64,000 nucleotides of DNA from an uncultured Holophaga sp. (GCA_963664825.1 OY761614.1:2912001-2976000), one strand, 5' to 3'. Shown: positions 38,460 to 49,073, counted from the first letter of the stretch. Numbers and translations are program-made. Notes: a model not told the origin generated them from the sequence alone.

Positions 38460-39908
38460 ATGATTCCCCTTCTGGACGCAGCTGCGATGAGGCGCGTGGA
38501 GCAGGAAGCCATTTCCGCCTGGGGTGTGTCCTCCCTGGTGCTTCAGGAACACGCGGCCCTGGGGGCCCTGGCCCTGATCCCCCCAGGGGAACCGATCCAC
38601 GTGCTGGCCGGACCCGGCAACAACGGGGGGGATGCCCTGGCCCTGGCCCGGCTCGCCCATCTGCGGGGCGAGCGCGTGGAGGTGTGGGCCCTGGAGGCCA
38701 GTCCCCTCTGGAAGGGGGATGCCGCCCTCCAGGCCGCCCTCTGGGAGGGGTTGGGCGGCACGTACCGCTTCACCTCCACCCCCATCGCCGTGATCGGCGG
38801 CTTCCGGGGCTGGGTGGTGGATGGGCTCTTCGGCCTGGGGGTGCGCCTGCCCCTGGAGGGGCTGGCCAAGGCCTGGGTCCTGGCTCTCCAGGATTCCGGC
38901 CAGGAGGCCCCCTTCCAGGTGCTGGCCCTGGATCTGCCTTCGGGCCTGGATCCCAGCAGTCCGGACATGGCAGGCCCCGTGCTCCCGGCCCACAGGACGG
39001 CCTGCTTCGGCCACCTGAAGGTCTGCCATGGGCTCCGGCCCGCAAAGGACTGCTGCGGCGCCATCTCCGTCATCCCAATCCCGCTGCGGGCGGAGCCCCG
39101 GGCCTCGCTCGCGCTGTTGGAGAGGCCCGGGAAGGCTCTGATGGGGCCCTGGGATAGTCACAAGGGGACCTTCGGCCACCTGGCGATCCGGGCAGGCAGC
39201 CCCGGCATGAGCGGAGCCGCCGTGCTGGCGGCCCTGGGCGCCCTCCGCATGGGAGCCGGTCTCGTGACGGTGCTGGTGCCTGCGGAATTGCGGGCCGAGA
39301 TCGCCTCCCAGGTGCCGGAGGCCATGGTGCGCGTCTGGGAGGGCAGGGTCCCCGAGGGCATCGACGCGTTCCTGGTGGGGCCCGGTGGCGTGGCGGAGAT
39401 CCCGGAATGGGCCGGCCCCCTGGTCCTGGATGCCTCGGCCCTGGTTCCGGGGGAGGGCCCCAGGTGGATGGGCCGCCCCGAAACGGTGCTGACGCCCCAT
39501 CCTGGCGAATTCAGTCGGCTCTTTGGCATGGCCAAGCCCCTGGGCCCTGGGACCTCCGAGCGCCTCGCCTGGGCCCGGCAGGTGGCTCAGGGGCCCGGCA
39601 TCCTGGTGCTCAAGGGCGCCCAGACGCTCATCGCAGGGGGCCCTTCAGACCAGGTCTGGGTCAATCCCACCGGGCATTCGGGGCTCTCCACCGGCGGCAC
39701 CGGGGACTTCCTGGCGGGCATGGTGGCCGCCCAGGTGGGCAGGTGGAAGAAGGCCTCATGCTCCAATGAGATGGGCTTGCGGCGGGCCGTGGCCGAGGCC
39801 GTCTGGCTCCACGGCGCGGCCGCCGACCGCTTGGGCCGGGGCCCCTTGCTGGTGCGGGATTTGGGTGAGAGTCTGGCGGAGCTCTTGAGGGAACTGCATG
39901 CGCAATGA
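38460..39908 (+). CDS. nnr: Bifunctional NAD(P)H-hydrate epimerase/dehydratase
   Basis: GPGNNGGD, DGLFG.G, DLPSG, SHKG.FG, LTPHPGEF and GGTGD.LAG motifs. Confidence 0.92.
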   Translation: MIPLLDAAAMRRVEQEAISAWGVSSLVLQEHAALGALALIPPGEPIHVLAGPGNNGGDALALARLAHLRGERVEVWALEASPLWKGDAALQAALWEGLGGTYRFTSTPIAVIGGFRGWVVDGLFGLGVRLPLEGLAKAWVLALQDSGQEAPFQVLALDLPSGLDPSSPDMAGPVLPAHRTACFGHLKVCHGLRPAKDCCGAISVIPIPLRAEPRASLALLERPGKALMGPWDSHKGTFGHLAIRAGSPGMSGAAVLAALGALRMGAGLVTVLVPAELRAEIASQVPEAMVRVWEGRVPEGIDAFLVGPGGVAEIPEWAGPLVLDASALVPGEGPRWMGRPETVLTPHPGEFSRLFGMAKPLGPGTSERLAWARQVAQGPGILVLKGAQTLIAGGPSDQVWVNPTGHSGLSTGGTGDFLAGMVAAQVGRWKKASCSNEMGLRRAVAEAVWLHGAAADRLGRGPLLVRDLGESLAELLRELHAQ

Positions 39909-40341
39909 ACGGAGATTCCTGGCCGACGAGGCCGCCACCGAAGCCCTGGGAGCCGAGCTGGCCCGGCTGACCCCGCCGGGGGGCACGTGGCTTCTGCGGG
40001 GGGAGCTGGGGGCGGGCAAGACCACCTGGGTCCGAGGCTTCCTGGCGGGGCTGGGCGGGGATCCCGACCAGGTGGCCTCCCCCACCTATGCCGTGCTCCA
40101 CCGCTACGAGGTGCCGGGCTGCCATCTCTTCCACCTGGATCTCTACCGGCTGGGGGAGGGCGGCAGCTGGTCCCTGGGCCTGGAGGAACAGGTGCTGCCC
40201 GCGGATTACCTGGTGGTGGAATGGGCCGGACAGGATGGCCCCTGGCCCACGGCCTGGGTGGCGGAACTGGCATTCAGTCCCTCGGGAGAGGGCCGGGAAG
40301 CCCAATGGACATTCCCTGACGCGTCCGGTAGTTCATCCTGA
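39898..40341 (+). CDS. tsaE: tRNA threonylcarbamoyladenosine biosynthesis ATPase
   Basis: GELGAGKTT, SPTY, HLDLYRL and VEW motifs. Confidence 0.93.
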   Translation: MRNERRFLADEAATEALGAELARLTPPGGTWLLRGELGAGKTTWVRGFLAGLGGDPDQVASPTYAVLHRYEVPGCHLFHLDLYRLGEGGSWSLGLEEQVLPADYLVVEWAGQDGPWPTAWVAELAFSPSGEGREAQWTFPDASGSSS

Positions 40342-40345
40342 AGGG

Positions 40346-41530
40346 ATGAGCCTCGAACTGATCCTCCTCTCCGCTGGAGTCCTCCTCGCGTTTCTCGCCG
40401 CCCTGGGGGCCTGGCGTCCCCGACGGGAGGGCGAGGCCTTGGCCCGACGGGTGGAGGATGGGGCCAGTCGAAGTCGCATGGAACTCCAACACTTCCTGGC
40501 GACCCAGCTGCTGCCCCTGCGGGAGGAGATGCGCCTGGCCCGGCTGGATCAGGGGGCCCGCCTGGAGGCGCTCCAGAACAAGGTCCAGGAGCGCCTGGAG
40601 AAGATCGGCAGTGCTAACGAACAGAAGCTGGAGGAGATGCGCCGCACGGTCGACGAGCGCCTCCAGGCCACGCTGGAACAGCGTCTGGGCGAAAGCTTCC
40701 GCCTGGTGGGGGAGCGCCTGGAACAGGTGCAGCGGGGGCTCGGCGAGATGCAGGCCCTGGCCCAGGATGTGGGCGGCCTCAAGCGGGCCCTCACCAACGT
40801 GAAGATCCGGGGCGTCCTGGGCGAGGCCCAGCTGGGGGCCCTGCTGGAGCAGTTCCTGGCGCCGGGTCAGTACGCGCCCAATGTGAGGGTGAAGCCCCGC
40901 ACCCAGGAGATGGTGGAATACGCCGTGAAGCTCCCCGGCACTCAGGAAGGGGAACAGGTGTGGCTGCCCATCGATGCCAAGTTCCCCCTGGAGGATTACC
41001 AGCGGTTGGGCGAAGCCTACGAGGCCGGGGACCCGGCCGGGGTGGAAATGGCGGGCAAGGCCCTGGAACAGCGGCTCCTGGGCCAGGGCCGGGAGATCCG
41101 CGACAAGTATCTGGCGCCGCCTTTCACCACGGACTTCGCCATTCTCTTCCTCCCCTTCGAGGGGCTCTTCGCCGAGGCCCTCCGCAGGCCCGGGCTCCTG
41201 GAGCGCCTCCAGCGGGAATGCCGCGTGGTTCTTCTGGGGCCCACGACCCTGACGGCCTTCCTGAACAGCCTCCAGATCGGTTTCAGGACGCTGGCCATCA
41301 CCAAGCGGAGCAGCGAGGTCTGGAAGCTCCTGGGCCACGTGAAGGCCGATTTCGCGAAATTCGGCGAGGCCCTCCAGGCCGTGGATCGCAAGCTGGACGA
41401 GGCCAAGTCGCGCCTGGGCACGGTCTCGGAGCGCAGCCGCATCCTCGGGGAAAGGCTGACGCGGGTGGAATCCCTGCCCGAGGGGGAGGCCATGGCTGAG
41501 GTTTCTGCTTCTGCTGATTTCAGTATGTGA
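40346..41530 (+). CDS. rmuC: DNA recombination protein RmuC
   Basis: N-terminal TM helix, coiled coil, K.RG..GE.QL, LPIDAKFP, TTDFAILFLP and GPTTL motifs. Confidence 0.93.
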   Translation: MSLELILLSAGVLLAFLAALGAWRPRREGEALARRVEDGASRSRMELQHFLATQLLPLREEMRLARLDQGARLEALQNKVQERLEKIGSANEQKLEEMRRTVDERLQATLEQRLGESFRLVGERLEQVQRGLGEMQALAQDVGGLKRALTNVKIRGVLGEAQLGALLEQFLAPGQYAPNVRVKPRTQEMVEYAVKLPGTQEGEQVWLPIDAKFPLEDYQRLGEAYEAGDPAGVEMAGKALEQRLLGQGREIRDKYLAPPFTTDFAILFLPFEGLFAEALRRPGLLERLQRECRVVLLGPTTLTAFLNSLQIGFRTLAITKRSSEVWKLLGHVKADFAKFGEALQAVDRKLDEAKSRLGTVSERSRILGERLTRVESLPEGEAMAEVSASADFSM

Positions 41531-41601
41531 TGTAAATAATTACAAAAATTCATCCTCTGATTCAGCGTGGCCGATATAATATTTCCATTCCGGAGGAAAC
41601 C

Positions 41602-43071
41602 ATGGCCACAATCGATATCAGTTCCCAAATGGGGAAGGATTTTTCGGGTGATGTGCTGATCGTTCCGGTTTTCTCTGGGCGAGAACGCCATAGGCTGCCC
41701 CTTGCCATCAGTAAGGTGGCTAGGCAGGTGATGGATGAGCGGGATTTCAAGGCCGACTATCTGGAGCTTGTGCCCCTCCACCATCCCAATGGGGTGAAGG
41801 AATGTCGCTGGATGCTGCTGGTGGGCCTCGGTGAAGAGGAGGCCATCACCCACAACAAGCTCCGGAAGGCCGCCGGCACGGCGGCCCGCCACTGCCTCAA
41901 GAAGGGCTGGAAGGCCGTGGGCCTCATTTCCCCGGCGACCTCCCTCCTGGATCACGACGAAGTCCAGATCGCGGTGCTGGAGGGCGTGATGCTGGCGGAT
42001 TACGATTTCGTGAAATTCAAGGGAAACCCTGAACCCAAGGGCTTCGAGCGGATCGAGGTCTTCACCAATGGCGATGACACCCGCAAGACCCGGCGCCATC
42101 TGCCTCAGATCGAGGCCGGCGTGGCGGCCTGCCACCGGGTCCGGGATCTGGTCAATACCCCCGCGGGTGATCTCTACCCGGAGGCCTTCGCCGATATCGC
42201 CCAGAAGCTGGCCAAGCAGCACAAGCTGGGCATCGAGATCCTGGACGAAGGCGCCCTGGTCCAGGGCGGCTTCAATTGCGTCCTGGCGGTGGGCCAGGGC
42301 TCTGCGAAGCCCCCGAGGGTGATCAAGCTGGAATACAAGCCCAAGGAAAAGGCCAAGAAACACGTGGTGCTCGTGGGCAAGGGCCTCTGCTTCGACGCCG
42401 GCGGCCTCTCCCTGAAGAATGCCTCGGGCATGGAGACGATGAAGGACGATATGACGGGAGCAGCCATCGTGCTGGCGACGCTGGCGGCCTGCGCGGAAAT
42501 GCAGGTTCCGGTCCAGGTGACAGGGATCATGGGACTGGCGGAGAACATGCCTTCGGGCTCCAGCTTCAAGCCCGGCGATGTGCTGCGCAGCCGCAGCGGC
42601 AAGACGATCGAAGTCCTCAATACCGATGCGGAGGGCCGCCTCGTCCTGGCCGATCTCCTCCACTACGCCACGGAACTCGGGGCTGATCACATCGTGGATC
42701 TCGCGACCCTCACCGGCGCCTGTCTGGTGGCCCTGGGCGACGGGGTCTCGGGCATCTTCGGCGAGGACCAGAAGCTCGTGGAACGCCTGCTGGACGCGGG
42801 GAAGGCCACCGGGGAACACCTGTGGCAGCTGCCCCTGGTGCCCGAATATAGGGATGCCCTCAAGAGCCCAATAGCCGACATCAAGAACATCAGCAGCACC
42901 CGCTGGGGCGGTGCCATCAGCGCCGCCATGTTCCTCAAGGACTTCGTGGATCATCCTTCCTGGGCCCACGTGGATCTCTCGGGCAGCTGGTCGAGCTCCG
43001 AACGGGACTACCGGACCCAGGGCGGCAGCGGCGAAGGCCCCCGTTGGCTCCTCGAGTGGCTGATGGCCTAA
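41602..43071 (+). CDS. pepA: Leucyl aminopeptidase (M17)
   Basis: LVGKG..FD.GG.SLK, MK.DM.GAA, ENM, NTDAEGRL.LAD and ATLTGA motifs. Confidence 0.93.
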   Translation: MATIDISSQMGKDFSGDVLIVPVFSGRERHRLPLAISKVARQVMDERDFKADYLELVPLHHPNGVKECRWMLLVGLGEEEAITHNKLRKAAGTAARHCLKKGWKAVGLISPATSLLDHDEVQIAVLEGVMLADYDFVKFKGNPEPKGFERIEVFTNGDDTRKTRRHLPQIEAGVAACHRVRDLVNTPAGDLYPEAFADIAQKLAKQHKLGIEILDEGALVQGGFNCVLAVGQGSAKPPRVIKLEYKPKEKAKKHVVLVGKGLCFDAGGLSLKNASGMETMKDDMTGAAIVLATLAACAEMQVPVQVTGIMGLAENMPSGSSFKPGDVLRSRSGKTIEVLNTDAEGRLVLADLLHYATELGADHIVDLATLTGACLVALGDGVSGIFGEDQKLVERLLDAGKATGEHLWQLPLVPEYRDALKSPIADIKNISSTRWGGAISAAMFLKDFVDHPSWAHVDLSGSWSSSERDYRTQGGSGEGPRWLLEWLMA

Positions 43072-43263
43072 AAAGGTGCTCCCCCGGCAGCAGCCGACGC
43101 GAGTGACGAAGCGGGTAGCGAAGGGTGCACGCACCCGAAGCTGGGACCCGCCGGCACGAGAGGCTGCGTGGAGCCGCGCGAACCAGGCTCGGCTGAAGGC
43201 CGAACTGGAGCGTGCGGCGTCCGGGGGGGCCCGACAAAAAGGTGCCTCCCCCGGCAGCAGCCG
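43070..43263. repeat. About 166-bp structured segment bounded by 27/28-bp direct repeats
   Basis: AAAAAGGTGC(C)TCCCCCGGCAGCAGCCG at 43070-43096 and 43236-43263. Confidence 0.8.
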
Positions 43264-43414
43264 GCCTCGGAGGCTCCGGACGTCCAGAAGTGTCTAACGG
43301 AAAAGGGGGCCGCTTTCCCCTCCTTTTGTGTGAATATGCATGGCAAGCCCTTGACCTCCGGAGCGGATAGGGCTCTTATTGGTTCACACTCTCAATTCTG
43401 CGCTGGAGCCCCCC

Positions 43415-43711
43415 ATGGAAGCGATGGAGACCCTCACCAAAGCTGACCTGTCCAAGCACCTCACGGAGAACCTGGCTTTTCCCAAGAAGGATGCGGACCT
43501 GCTCGTGAACACCTTCCTGCAGTGCATCGTGGGTTCGCTGCACAAGGGCGAGGGCGTTGAACTGCGGGGCTTCGGGAGTTTCCGTCTCCGGGATCGGAAG
43601 GCCCGGCAGGGCCGGAATCCCCGCAGCGGCGAATCCATCGAAGTGCCCCCTAAGCGGGTGGTCTACTTCAAGCTGGGCAAGGAACTGCGCAGCAAACTCA
43701 TCGAAGACTAG
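43415..43711 (+). CDS. HU/IHF family DNA-binding protein (IHF-beta-like)
   Basis: TKADL, VELRGFGSF, GRNPRSGE and FKLGKELR motifs. Confidence 0.92.
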   Translation: MEAMETLTKADLSKHLTENLAFPKKDADLLVNTFLQCIVGSLHKGEGVELRGFGSFRLRDRKARQGRNPRSGESIEVPPKRVVYFKLGKELRSKLIED

Positions 43712-43747
43712 CTTTTCCCTGCGGGGCAATCCGCCCCATCGGAGGTC

Positions 43748-44488
43748 ATGATGCGAATGGGCAGATTCATCGTTGCCCTTCTGGCGGGTGTGCTCCTGGG
43801 GGCGCCACTGGCGGCCCAGAAACTGAGCAAGGAGCAGAAGGCCAAACTGCCGCGGGTGGCCATCATCGAGTTCAAGGCCGCTCCCGATGCCTGGCAGGGC
43901 TGGCGCCACGGGGGTTGGGGCAACAACATGTCGACCATCTCCAATCAGCTCCGGGATCTCCTGGTCACGGAACTGACCCAGCGGGGGCGGGGCAAGTTCC
44001 GGATGGTGGAGCGGGAGCGCCTGGAGGAGATTCGCGGGGAGCTGGCCTTCCAGCAGAGCGGCGAGGTTGATACCTCCACCGTGCAGAAGCTGGGCAAGCT
44101 CCTGGGCGTGAAATACATGATCACCGGCAAGGTGACGCGCTTCGCCTACAAGGAAAGCGGCATCAGCGGCGGTTGGGGCCTCGGAGCCATCGTGGGCAAG
44201 GTGACCGGCAGCGGGCTGGCCGGAGCCGTGGCCGGCGATATGAAGATGAAGAAGGCCTCCTTCACGGGGAGGCTGGACCTCCGCATGATTGAAGTGGAGA
44301 CCGGCGAGATCCTGGGCACCTGGAAGGACGAGGAGAAGATCGCCGATACCAGCGTCAAGATCGCCGGAACCGGCACCGAGGTCGATTACGACGAAGAGCT
44401 GGTCAACAAGGTCTTCGAACCCATCGTCCAGCGCCTCGCCCCCAAGATGGTGCGCGTCATCACCCAGGAAGGCGCCGACGAAGACTGA
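43748..44488 (+). CDS. CsgG/HfaB family protein
   Basis: Signal peptide; RVAIIEF, F.MVERE.L, G.LLGV.Y.ITG.V and DLRMIEVETGEI motifs. Confidence 0.85.
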   Translation: MMRMGRFIVALLAGVLLGAPLAAQKLSKEQKAKLPRVAIIEFKAAPDAWQGWRHGGWGNNMSTISNQLRDLLVTELTQRGRGKFRMVERERLEEIRGELAFQQSGEVDTSTVQKLGKLLGVKYMITGKVTRFAYKESGISGGWGLGAIVGKVTGSGLAGAVAGDMKMKKASFTGRLDLRMIEVETGEILGTWKDEEKIADTSVKIAGTGTEVDYDEELVNKVFEPIVQRLAPKMVRVITQEGADED

Positions 44489-44533
44489 AGGCCCGGTGGA
44501 TCCTTGAAGCCAGGGGGCCTTCCGGGCCCCCTG

Positions 44534-45499
44534 CTATTTTCCCCAGGCCTTGCGGGAGGCCTGCATCAAGGCCCCGTAGCGAGGTCCCAGCACCTCCGAG
44601 CAGTGCAGGTGCCAGGTGGGCACTTCCACGATCTGGATGCGATGGAAATGGGCCGCCACCCGTCGCTGGACGGGGGGAGGGGCCAGCCGGTCTTGGGTGG
44701 CCAGGAAGCAGAGGCTTGGCGTCTCCAGGCGGCGGCCCTCCAGGCTCCGTTCGAGCTGGGTCGCGTCCCGGGAATAGTTCCCCCGGCGAGCGGCCCACCG
44801 GCTGCCCAGCTCGCCGATGAGGGGCGCCAGGAAGGCATGCCAGTAGTGGTCCTTGGGGCCCCGCACGAGCCGTTCCCCGAAATCCCGACTGGAGGCAGGC
44901 GCCCCTTCCCAGATCATGCCTCCCAGGGGGCCCTGGCCGTCCCCTTCGAGGTGGCTGAGGGCCAGCAGGCCCACGCTGGCGCCGAGGCTGCGGCCCATGA
45001 GGAGGATCCGGTGTCTCGGGGTCCCCGTGGCCTGGAGATGGCGCACGATGCGGGCGACCTCCTCGGATTCCCGGGCCCCGAAGGTGACGAAGGGGGCAGG
45101 GCCCCCGGCGCGCAGGGCGTCGTCCCGGCGCCGATAGGTGAAGATCGCCGCGTCGAATTCGGGGAAGAGCCGCAGGGCCGGGCTCGTGCCCCAGCGGTCG
45201 TCTCCGAATCCGTGGAGCAGGAGCACGATGCCCTTGGAGGGCGTTTTCCGCGTCAGTGTCCAGAGCTGAAGGCCCTCGATCTCCTCCGAGTGCCAAGTCC
45301 CCCCGGGATCATCCGAGTCCCCCTTCGCCAATTTCGCGTAGGTCTGCTGGACCCGTTCCAGGGGCTGGGGATGGTAGAAGGGGGGATCCGTCAATTCCCA
45401 GGCCACGGCCCGGGCCTTCCAGGCCACGAAGGCCGAGAGGGCCAGCAGGCCGCAGGCCCCCCCTCCGAGGAGGCCGCGGCGCAGGTAGGAACCCTTCAC
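44534..45499 (-). CDS. Alpha/beta hydrolase
   Basis: LLLHGFG, GRSLGA nucleophile elbow, D and H catalytic candidates. Confidence 0.8.
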   Translation of the reverse strand: MKGSYLRRGLLGGGACGLLALSAFVAWKARAVAWELTDPPFYHPQPLERVQQTYAKLAKGDSDDPGGTWHSEEIEGLQLWTLTRKTPSKGIVLLLHGFGDDRWGTSPALRLFPEFDAAIFTYRRRDDALRAGGPAPFVTFGARESEEVARIVRHLQATGTPRHRILLMGRSLGASVGLLALSHLEGDGQGPLGGMIWEGAPASSRDFGERLVRGPKDHYWHAFLAPLIGELGSRWAARRGNYSRDATQLERSLEGRRLETPSLCFLATQDRLAPPPVQRRVAAHFHRIQIVEVPTWHLHCSEVLGPRYGALMQASRKAWGK

Positions 45500-45508
45500 G
45501 AGGAAGCC

Positions 45509-45946
45509 CTAGGGCTCCAGGCGGGCTCTCACACCCGGGATGCCTTCGGCCGCGGGCAGCGGCTCGGCTTGGCCATAGAGTACGGCGTTGAAGGTCTGGG
45601 CGAAGGTCACGAGATAGACGCCCTTGGCGGCTGTGGTCTCGAATTCGCCCTGATCGGCACCAAAGGCGTCCCGGGAACTGTAGAGGAAGAAGCGGTGTTT
45701 GCCTGCCGCAATGCCCGTGAGGACCAGGCTGTGGGCCTTCTTGCCCTTCTTGACCGGTTCCACCGGGATCCGCACGCCATCCAGGGTCAGTTCCACGGGG
45801 CCCTGGACCTTGCGGGTGAACTGGAAGAGGACCGTGCCGGCCGGGATGGGCTTGGTGGGCCGGGTGGCCACTTTGTTGGAGCAGGCCACTCCCGCCGCCA
45901 GCGCCAAGACGCTGATGAGCAGGGCCGACTTCAGGGAACTCCGCAT
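45509..45946 (-). CDS. Hypothetical lipoprotein
   Basis: Lipoprotein-type signal ending GVA-C; GGAGG RBS. Confidence 0.7.
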   Translation of the reverse strand: MRSSLKSALLISVLALAAGVACSNKVATRPTKPIPAGTVLFQFTRKVQGPVELTLDGVRIPVEPVKKGKKAHSLVLTGIAAGKHRFFLYSSRDAFGADQGEFETTAAKGVYLVTFAQTFNAVLYGQAEPLPAAEGIPGVRARLEP

Positions 45947-46086
45947 GAGACCTCCAATTCCTTTTGAGACTAGCCTTCCCTGGGCTTTCTGGCCACTAGG
46001 GAAGGACATCCACCAGTGCCGACTGGGCCTGGAAGGTTCATCCGGGCTATCCTGGGGTCTCCGCAAGGCGCGGACCCGGAGCCTCC

Positions 46087-46554
46087 ATGACCCGTGCACT
46101 ATTTCAGACCGACAAGGGTGATATCAACGTCGAACTCTTTTCCCAGGAAGCCCCTGGGACCGTGGCCAATTTCGTGAAGCTCATCGAAGCCGGCTTCTAC
46201 GATGGCCTGCGCTTCCACCGGGTGATTCCGGACTTCGTCATCCAGGGCGGCTGCCCCAATACCCGGGAAGGCGCCACGGGCACTCCCGGCACCGGCGGCC
46301 CCGGCTGGCAGATCAAGTGCGAGACCGTCGGCAACCCCCACAAGCACGAACTGGGCGCCCTCTCCATGGCCCACGCGGGCAAGGACACGGGGGGCAGCCA
46401 GTTCTTCGTCGTCAACGGCGATAGGCGCAATGTCCAGCACCTGGACGGCGTCCATACGGTGTTCGGCAAGTGTGTGGCCGAGAACGACATCAAGGTGGTC
46501 CAGGCCATCCGTCAGGGCGATTTGATCATCAAGGCCACCCTTGTAGAGGCCTAG
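46087..46554 (+). CDS. Cytoplasmic cyclophilin-type peptidyl-prolyl isomerase
   Basis: [39 protein letters not shown] and [10 protein letters not shown] motifs. Confidence 0.95.
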   Translation: MTRALFQTDKGDINVELFSQEAPGTVANFVKLIEAGFYDGLRFHRVIPDFVIQGGCPNTREGATGTPGTGGPGWQIKCETVGNPHKHELGALSMAHAGKDTGGSQFFVVNGDRRNVQHLDGVHTVFGKCVAENDIKVVQAIRQGDLIIKATLVEA

Positions 46555-46725
46555 ACCCTGGATTTCTCATCGCGCGATTCGAGGCCCGCCGTATTCCAGG
46601 TGGGCCTCTTCGCATTGGTAGGAGACCTTCCGTCCAGCGCGACCTGGGCTGTAGGATGACACTCGCGCCCCATCCCGTTTACACTGGAAAGTTCGCGCCT
46701 TCCCATTTGCTTTTTCGAGGTTTCC

Positions 46726-48435
46726 ATGTTTCTTGCCTCCGCTCGTGAATACCTTGCCTTCCCCCATCTGGAGGCCGATCTCCGGGCCGAACTGCAACCC
46801 CTGGTGGCTGCGGCCGAGGCCGGAGAGCCCAAGGCCATCGCCGAGATCCAGGATCGTTTCTTCGAGCCTCTGGCCTTCGGCACGGGCGGGCTGCGGGGCA
46901 TCATGGCCGCGGGCCTGCGGCGCATGAATCGGCCCAATATCCGCCGGGCCACCCTGGCCCTGGCACACGTCACGAAGCGCCGGGCGCCCGGGGTCAAGAC
47001 GGCCCTGGTGGGCTATGACACGCGCCTGCAATCGGATGTCTTCGCCCGGGAAGCGGCCCGCGTCTTGGCGGACGCGGGCTATACGGTCTACCTGGGCGAC
47101 CGCCCGCTGCCCACGCCCTTCCTCTGCTATGCCATGCGCAAGCTGGGCACGGCCTGCGGCGTGATCGTGACGGCCAGCCACAATCCCAAGATCTACAACG
47201 GCTACAAGGCCTATGACAACCAGGGCGGGCAGGTGGTGGCCCCCTGGGATACGGAGGTGGAGGCTCTCATGAGTTCCCTGCCCCTGGTGCCCACCCCCCC
47301 CAGCGCGGCCGCCGAGGCCCGCATCCAGCCCATTCCCAAGGAGGTGGAAGAGGCCTTCTACGGCATGAGCCTGGGCTTCCTGGCCCATCCCCAGGTCTTC
47401 ACCCCCGCCAAGATCCTCTACACGCCCTTCCATGGCACGGGCATCGCCTTCGTGCCTGAACTCTTCAAGCGCGCCGGACTGCCCCTGGAAATCTGCGCCT
47501 CCCAGGCCATCCAGGACGGCACCTTCCCTACCGCGCCCCGGCCCAATCCCGAGGAGATGGCCGCCTTCAAGGTGACGTTGGTGGACGCCGAGAAGCTGGG
47601 CGTGGACGCCATCCTGGCCAATGATCCCGATGCGGATCGCCTGGGGGTGGTGCTCAAACACAAGGGCCAGTGGATGCAGATGACCGGCAACGACATGGCC
47701 GCCCTCACCCTGGACTACCTGGCCAGCCAGCACCACACCAAGGGCACGGTGGTCACGACGGTGGTCACCTCCGATTTCCTGGCGGAAACGGGTAAGCAGT
47801 ACGGCATGCAGACCGTCTGGACCCTCACGGGCTTCAAGAACATCGCCGTCTGCCAGCATCGCCTCAAGGCGCTCGGCGAGGCCTATGCCTTCGGCGCCGA
47901 GGAGAGCATCGGCATGTGTCCCTCCGGGGAGCTGCGGGACAAGGACGGCGTGACCGCGGCCCTGCTCGTGGCGGAGATGATCGGCCACTACAAGGCCAAG
48001 GGTCAGAACCTGGTGGAGGCCGTCGAGGAGCTCCAGGGCCGGGTCGGCGCCTTCCACAACCGCCTCGTGAACCTCGAGGATCCCAAGCCCGGGGGCGCCC
48101 AGCGCTTCAAGGAGGCCATGACACGCATCCGCGAGGCCGGATTGACCGAATTCGCTGGCGAGCAGGTGATCTCCTGGGAGGACTTCTCCACAGGCCTCCT
48201 GCACCGCATGGATGGCAGCGAGACCCCCATTGTGGACCGGCCGGACCGCCTCGACGTGGCCCTGCCCATCGAGAACAGCAACGTATTGAAGTTCCGCTTC
48301 GCCTCCGGCGCCTTCGCGGCCTTCCGTCCCAGCGGTACCGAGCCCAAGCTCAAGGTCTACCTCCAGAGCTGCAGCACGCCGGAACTGCTGGACCGCATGG
48401 AAACCGAGGCCCGGAAGCTCCTGGGTCTCGGCTGA
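46726..48435 (+). CDS. Phosphoglucomutase/phosphomannomutase
   Basis: FGTGGLRG, TASHNP, DPDADR, GFK, EESIG, DKDG and RPSGTEPKLK motifs. Confidence 0.93.
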   Translation: MFLASAREYLAFPHLEADLRAELQPLVAAAEAGEPKAIAEIQDRFFEPLAFGTGGLRGIMAAGLRRMNRPNIRRATLALAHVTKRRAPGVKTALVGYDTRLQSDVFAREAARVLADAGYTVYLGDRPLPTPFLCYAMRKLGTACGVIVTASHNPKIYNGYKAYDNQGGQVVAPWDTEVEALMSSLPLVPTPPSAAAEARIQPIPKEVEEAFYGMSLGFLAHPQVFTPAKILYTPFHGTGIAFVPELFKRAGLPLEICASQAIQDGTFPTAPRPNPEEMAAFKVTLVDAEKLGVDAILANDPDADRLGVVLKHKGQWMQMTGNDMAALTLDYLASQHHTKGTVVTTVVTSDFLAETGKQYGMQTVWTLTGFKNIAVCQHRLKALGEAYAFGAEESIGMCPSGELRDKDGVTAALLVAEMIGHYKAKGQNLVEAVEELQGRVGAFHNRLVNLEDPKPGGAQRFKEAMTRIREAGLTEFAGEQVISWEDFSTGLLHRMDGSETPIVDRPDRLDVALPIENSNVLKFRFASGAFAAFRPSGTEPKLKVYLQSCSTPELLDRMETEARKLLGLG

Positions 48436-48500
48436 ACCCTGGTTTGAAGGCCTAAGGAAAGAGGGCACGGGATCCGTGCCCTCTTTCGTGCGTAGCGAGA

Positions 48501-49073
48501 TCAGTGCTGTGCGGGCCCCGGGGCCGGGGGCAGCCTGGGGAATCCATGGGCAGGCTGGGTGGCTTGGTCGATCTGCGCGGCCTGCTTCTCGTCGAGCTTT
48601 CGGGTCACCTCCGCGGGAGGGAACATCTCGGGGGCTTCCTCCTGCAGGAAGCGCTTGGTGCGGGCCATGAGGGCGTCGATCTCCTGGAGGAAGCGCACGC
48701 GCTCCAGCTTCAGGCTGCGCAGGGCCGTTTCGATTTCCACCACGCGCTGGTGGGCGTCCCGGATGATCTCGTCGGCCTTGAAATCGGCCTCCTTGAGGAG
48801 CAGCGCCTTCTCGCGGTTGGCGGCATCCAGGAGCTCCTCCTTGGTCTTCTGGGCGTGGAGCAGGGTCTCGCGGAAGATGCGGTCCTGGTCCTGGTACTGC
48901 TGCAGCCGCTCCCGCAGATCCAGCACTTCGTCCCGGAGCTTGGAGTTCTCGTGCTGGACCTCTTCCCACTCGGCGGCCACCTCGTGGAGAAAGCCGCGCA
49001 CTTCGTTTTCATCAAGGCCGCGGAAGCCCTTTTCGAACTCGCGACGCTGGATATCCAGGGGCGTGAATTTCAT
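48501..49073 (-). CDS. DivIVA domain protein
   Basis: TPLDIQ..EF.K.FRG.D..EV..FL followed by a coiled coil. Confidence 0.9.
   Translation of the reverse strand: MKFTPLDIQRREFEKGFRGLDENEVRGFLHEVAAEWEEVQHENSKLRDEVLDLRERLQQYQDQDRIFRETLLHAQKTKEELLDAANREKALLLKEADFKADEIIRDAHQRVVEIETALRSLKLERVRFLQEIDALMARTKRFLQEEAPEMFPPAEVTRKLDEKQAAQIDQATQPAHGFPRLPPAPGPAQH

Noticed and set aside
43236..43380. SRP or 6S RNA
   Set aside because: No SRP helix-8 core (CAGG..GNRA..AGCA in context) or 6S rod structure could be identified.
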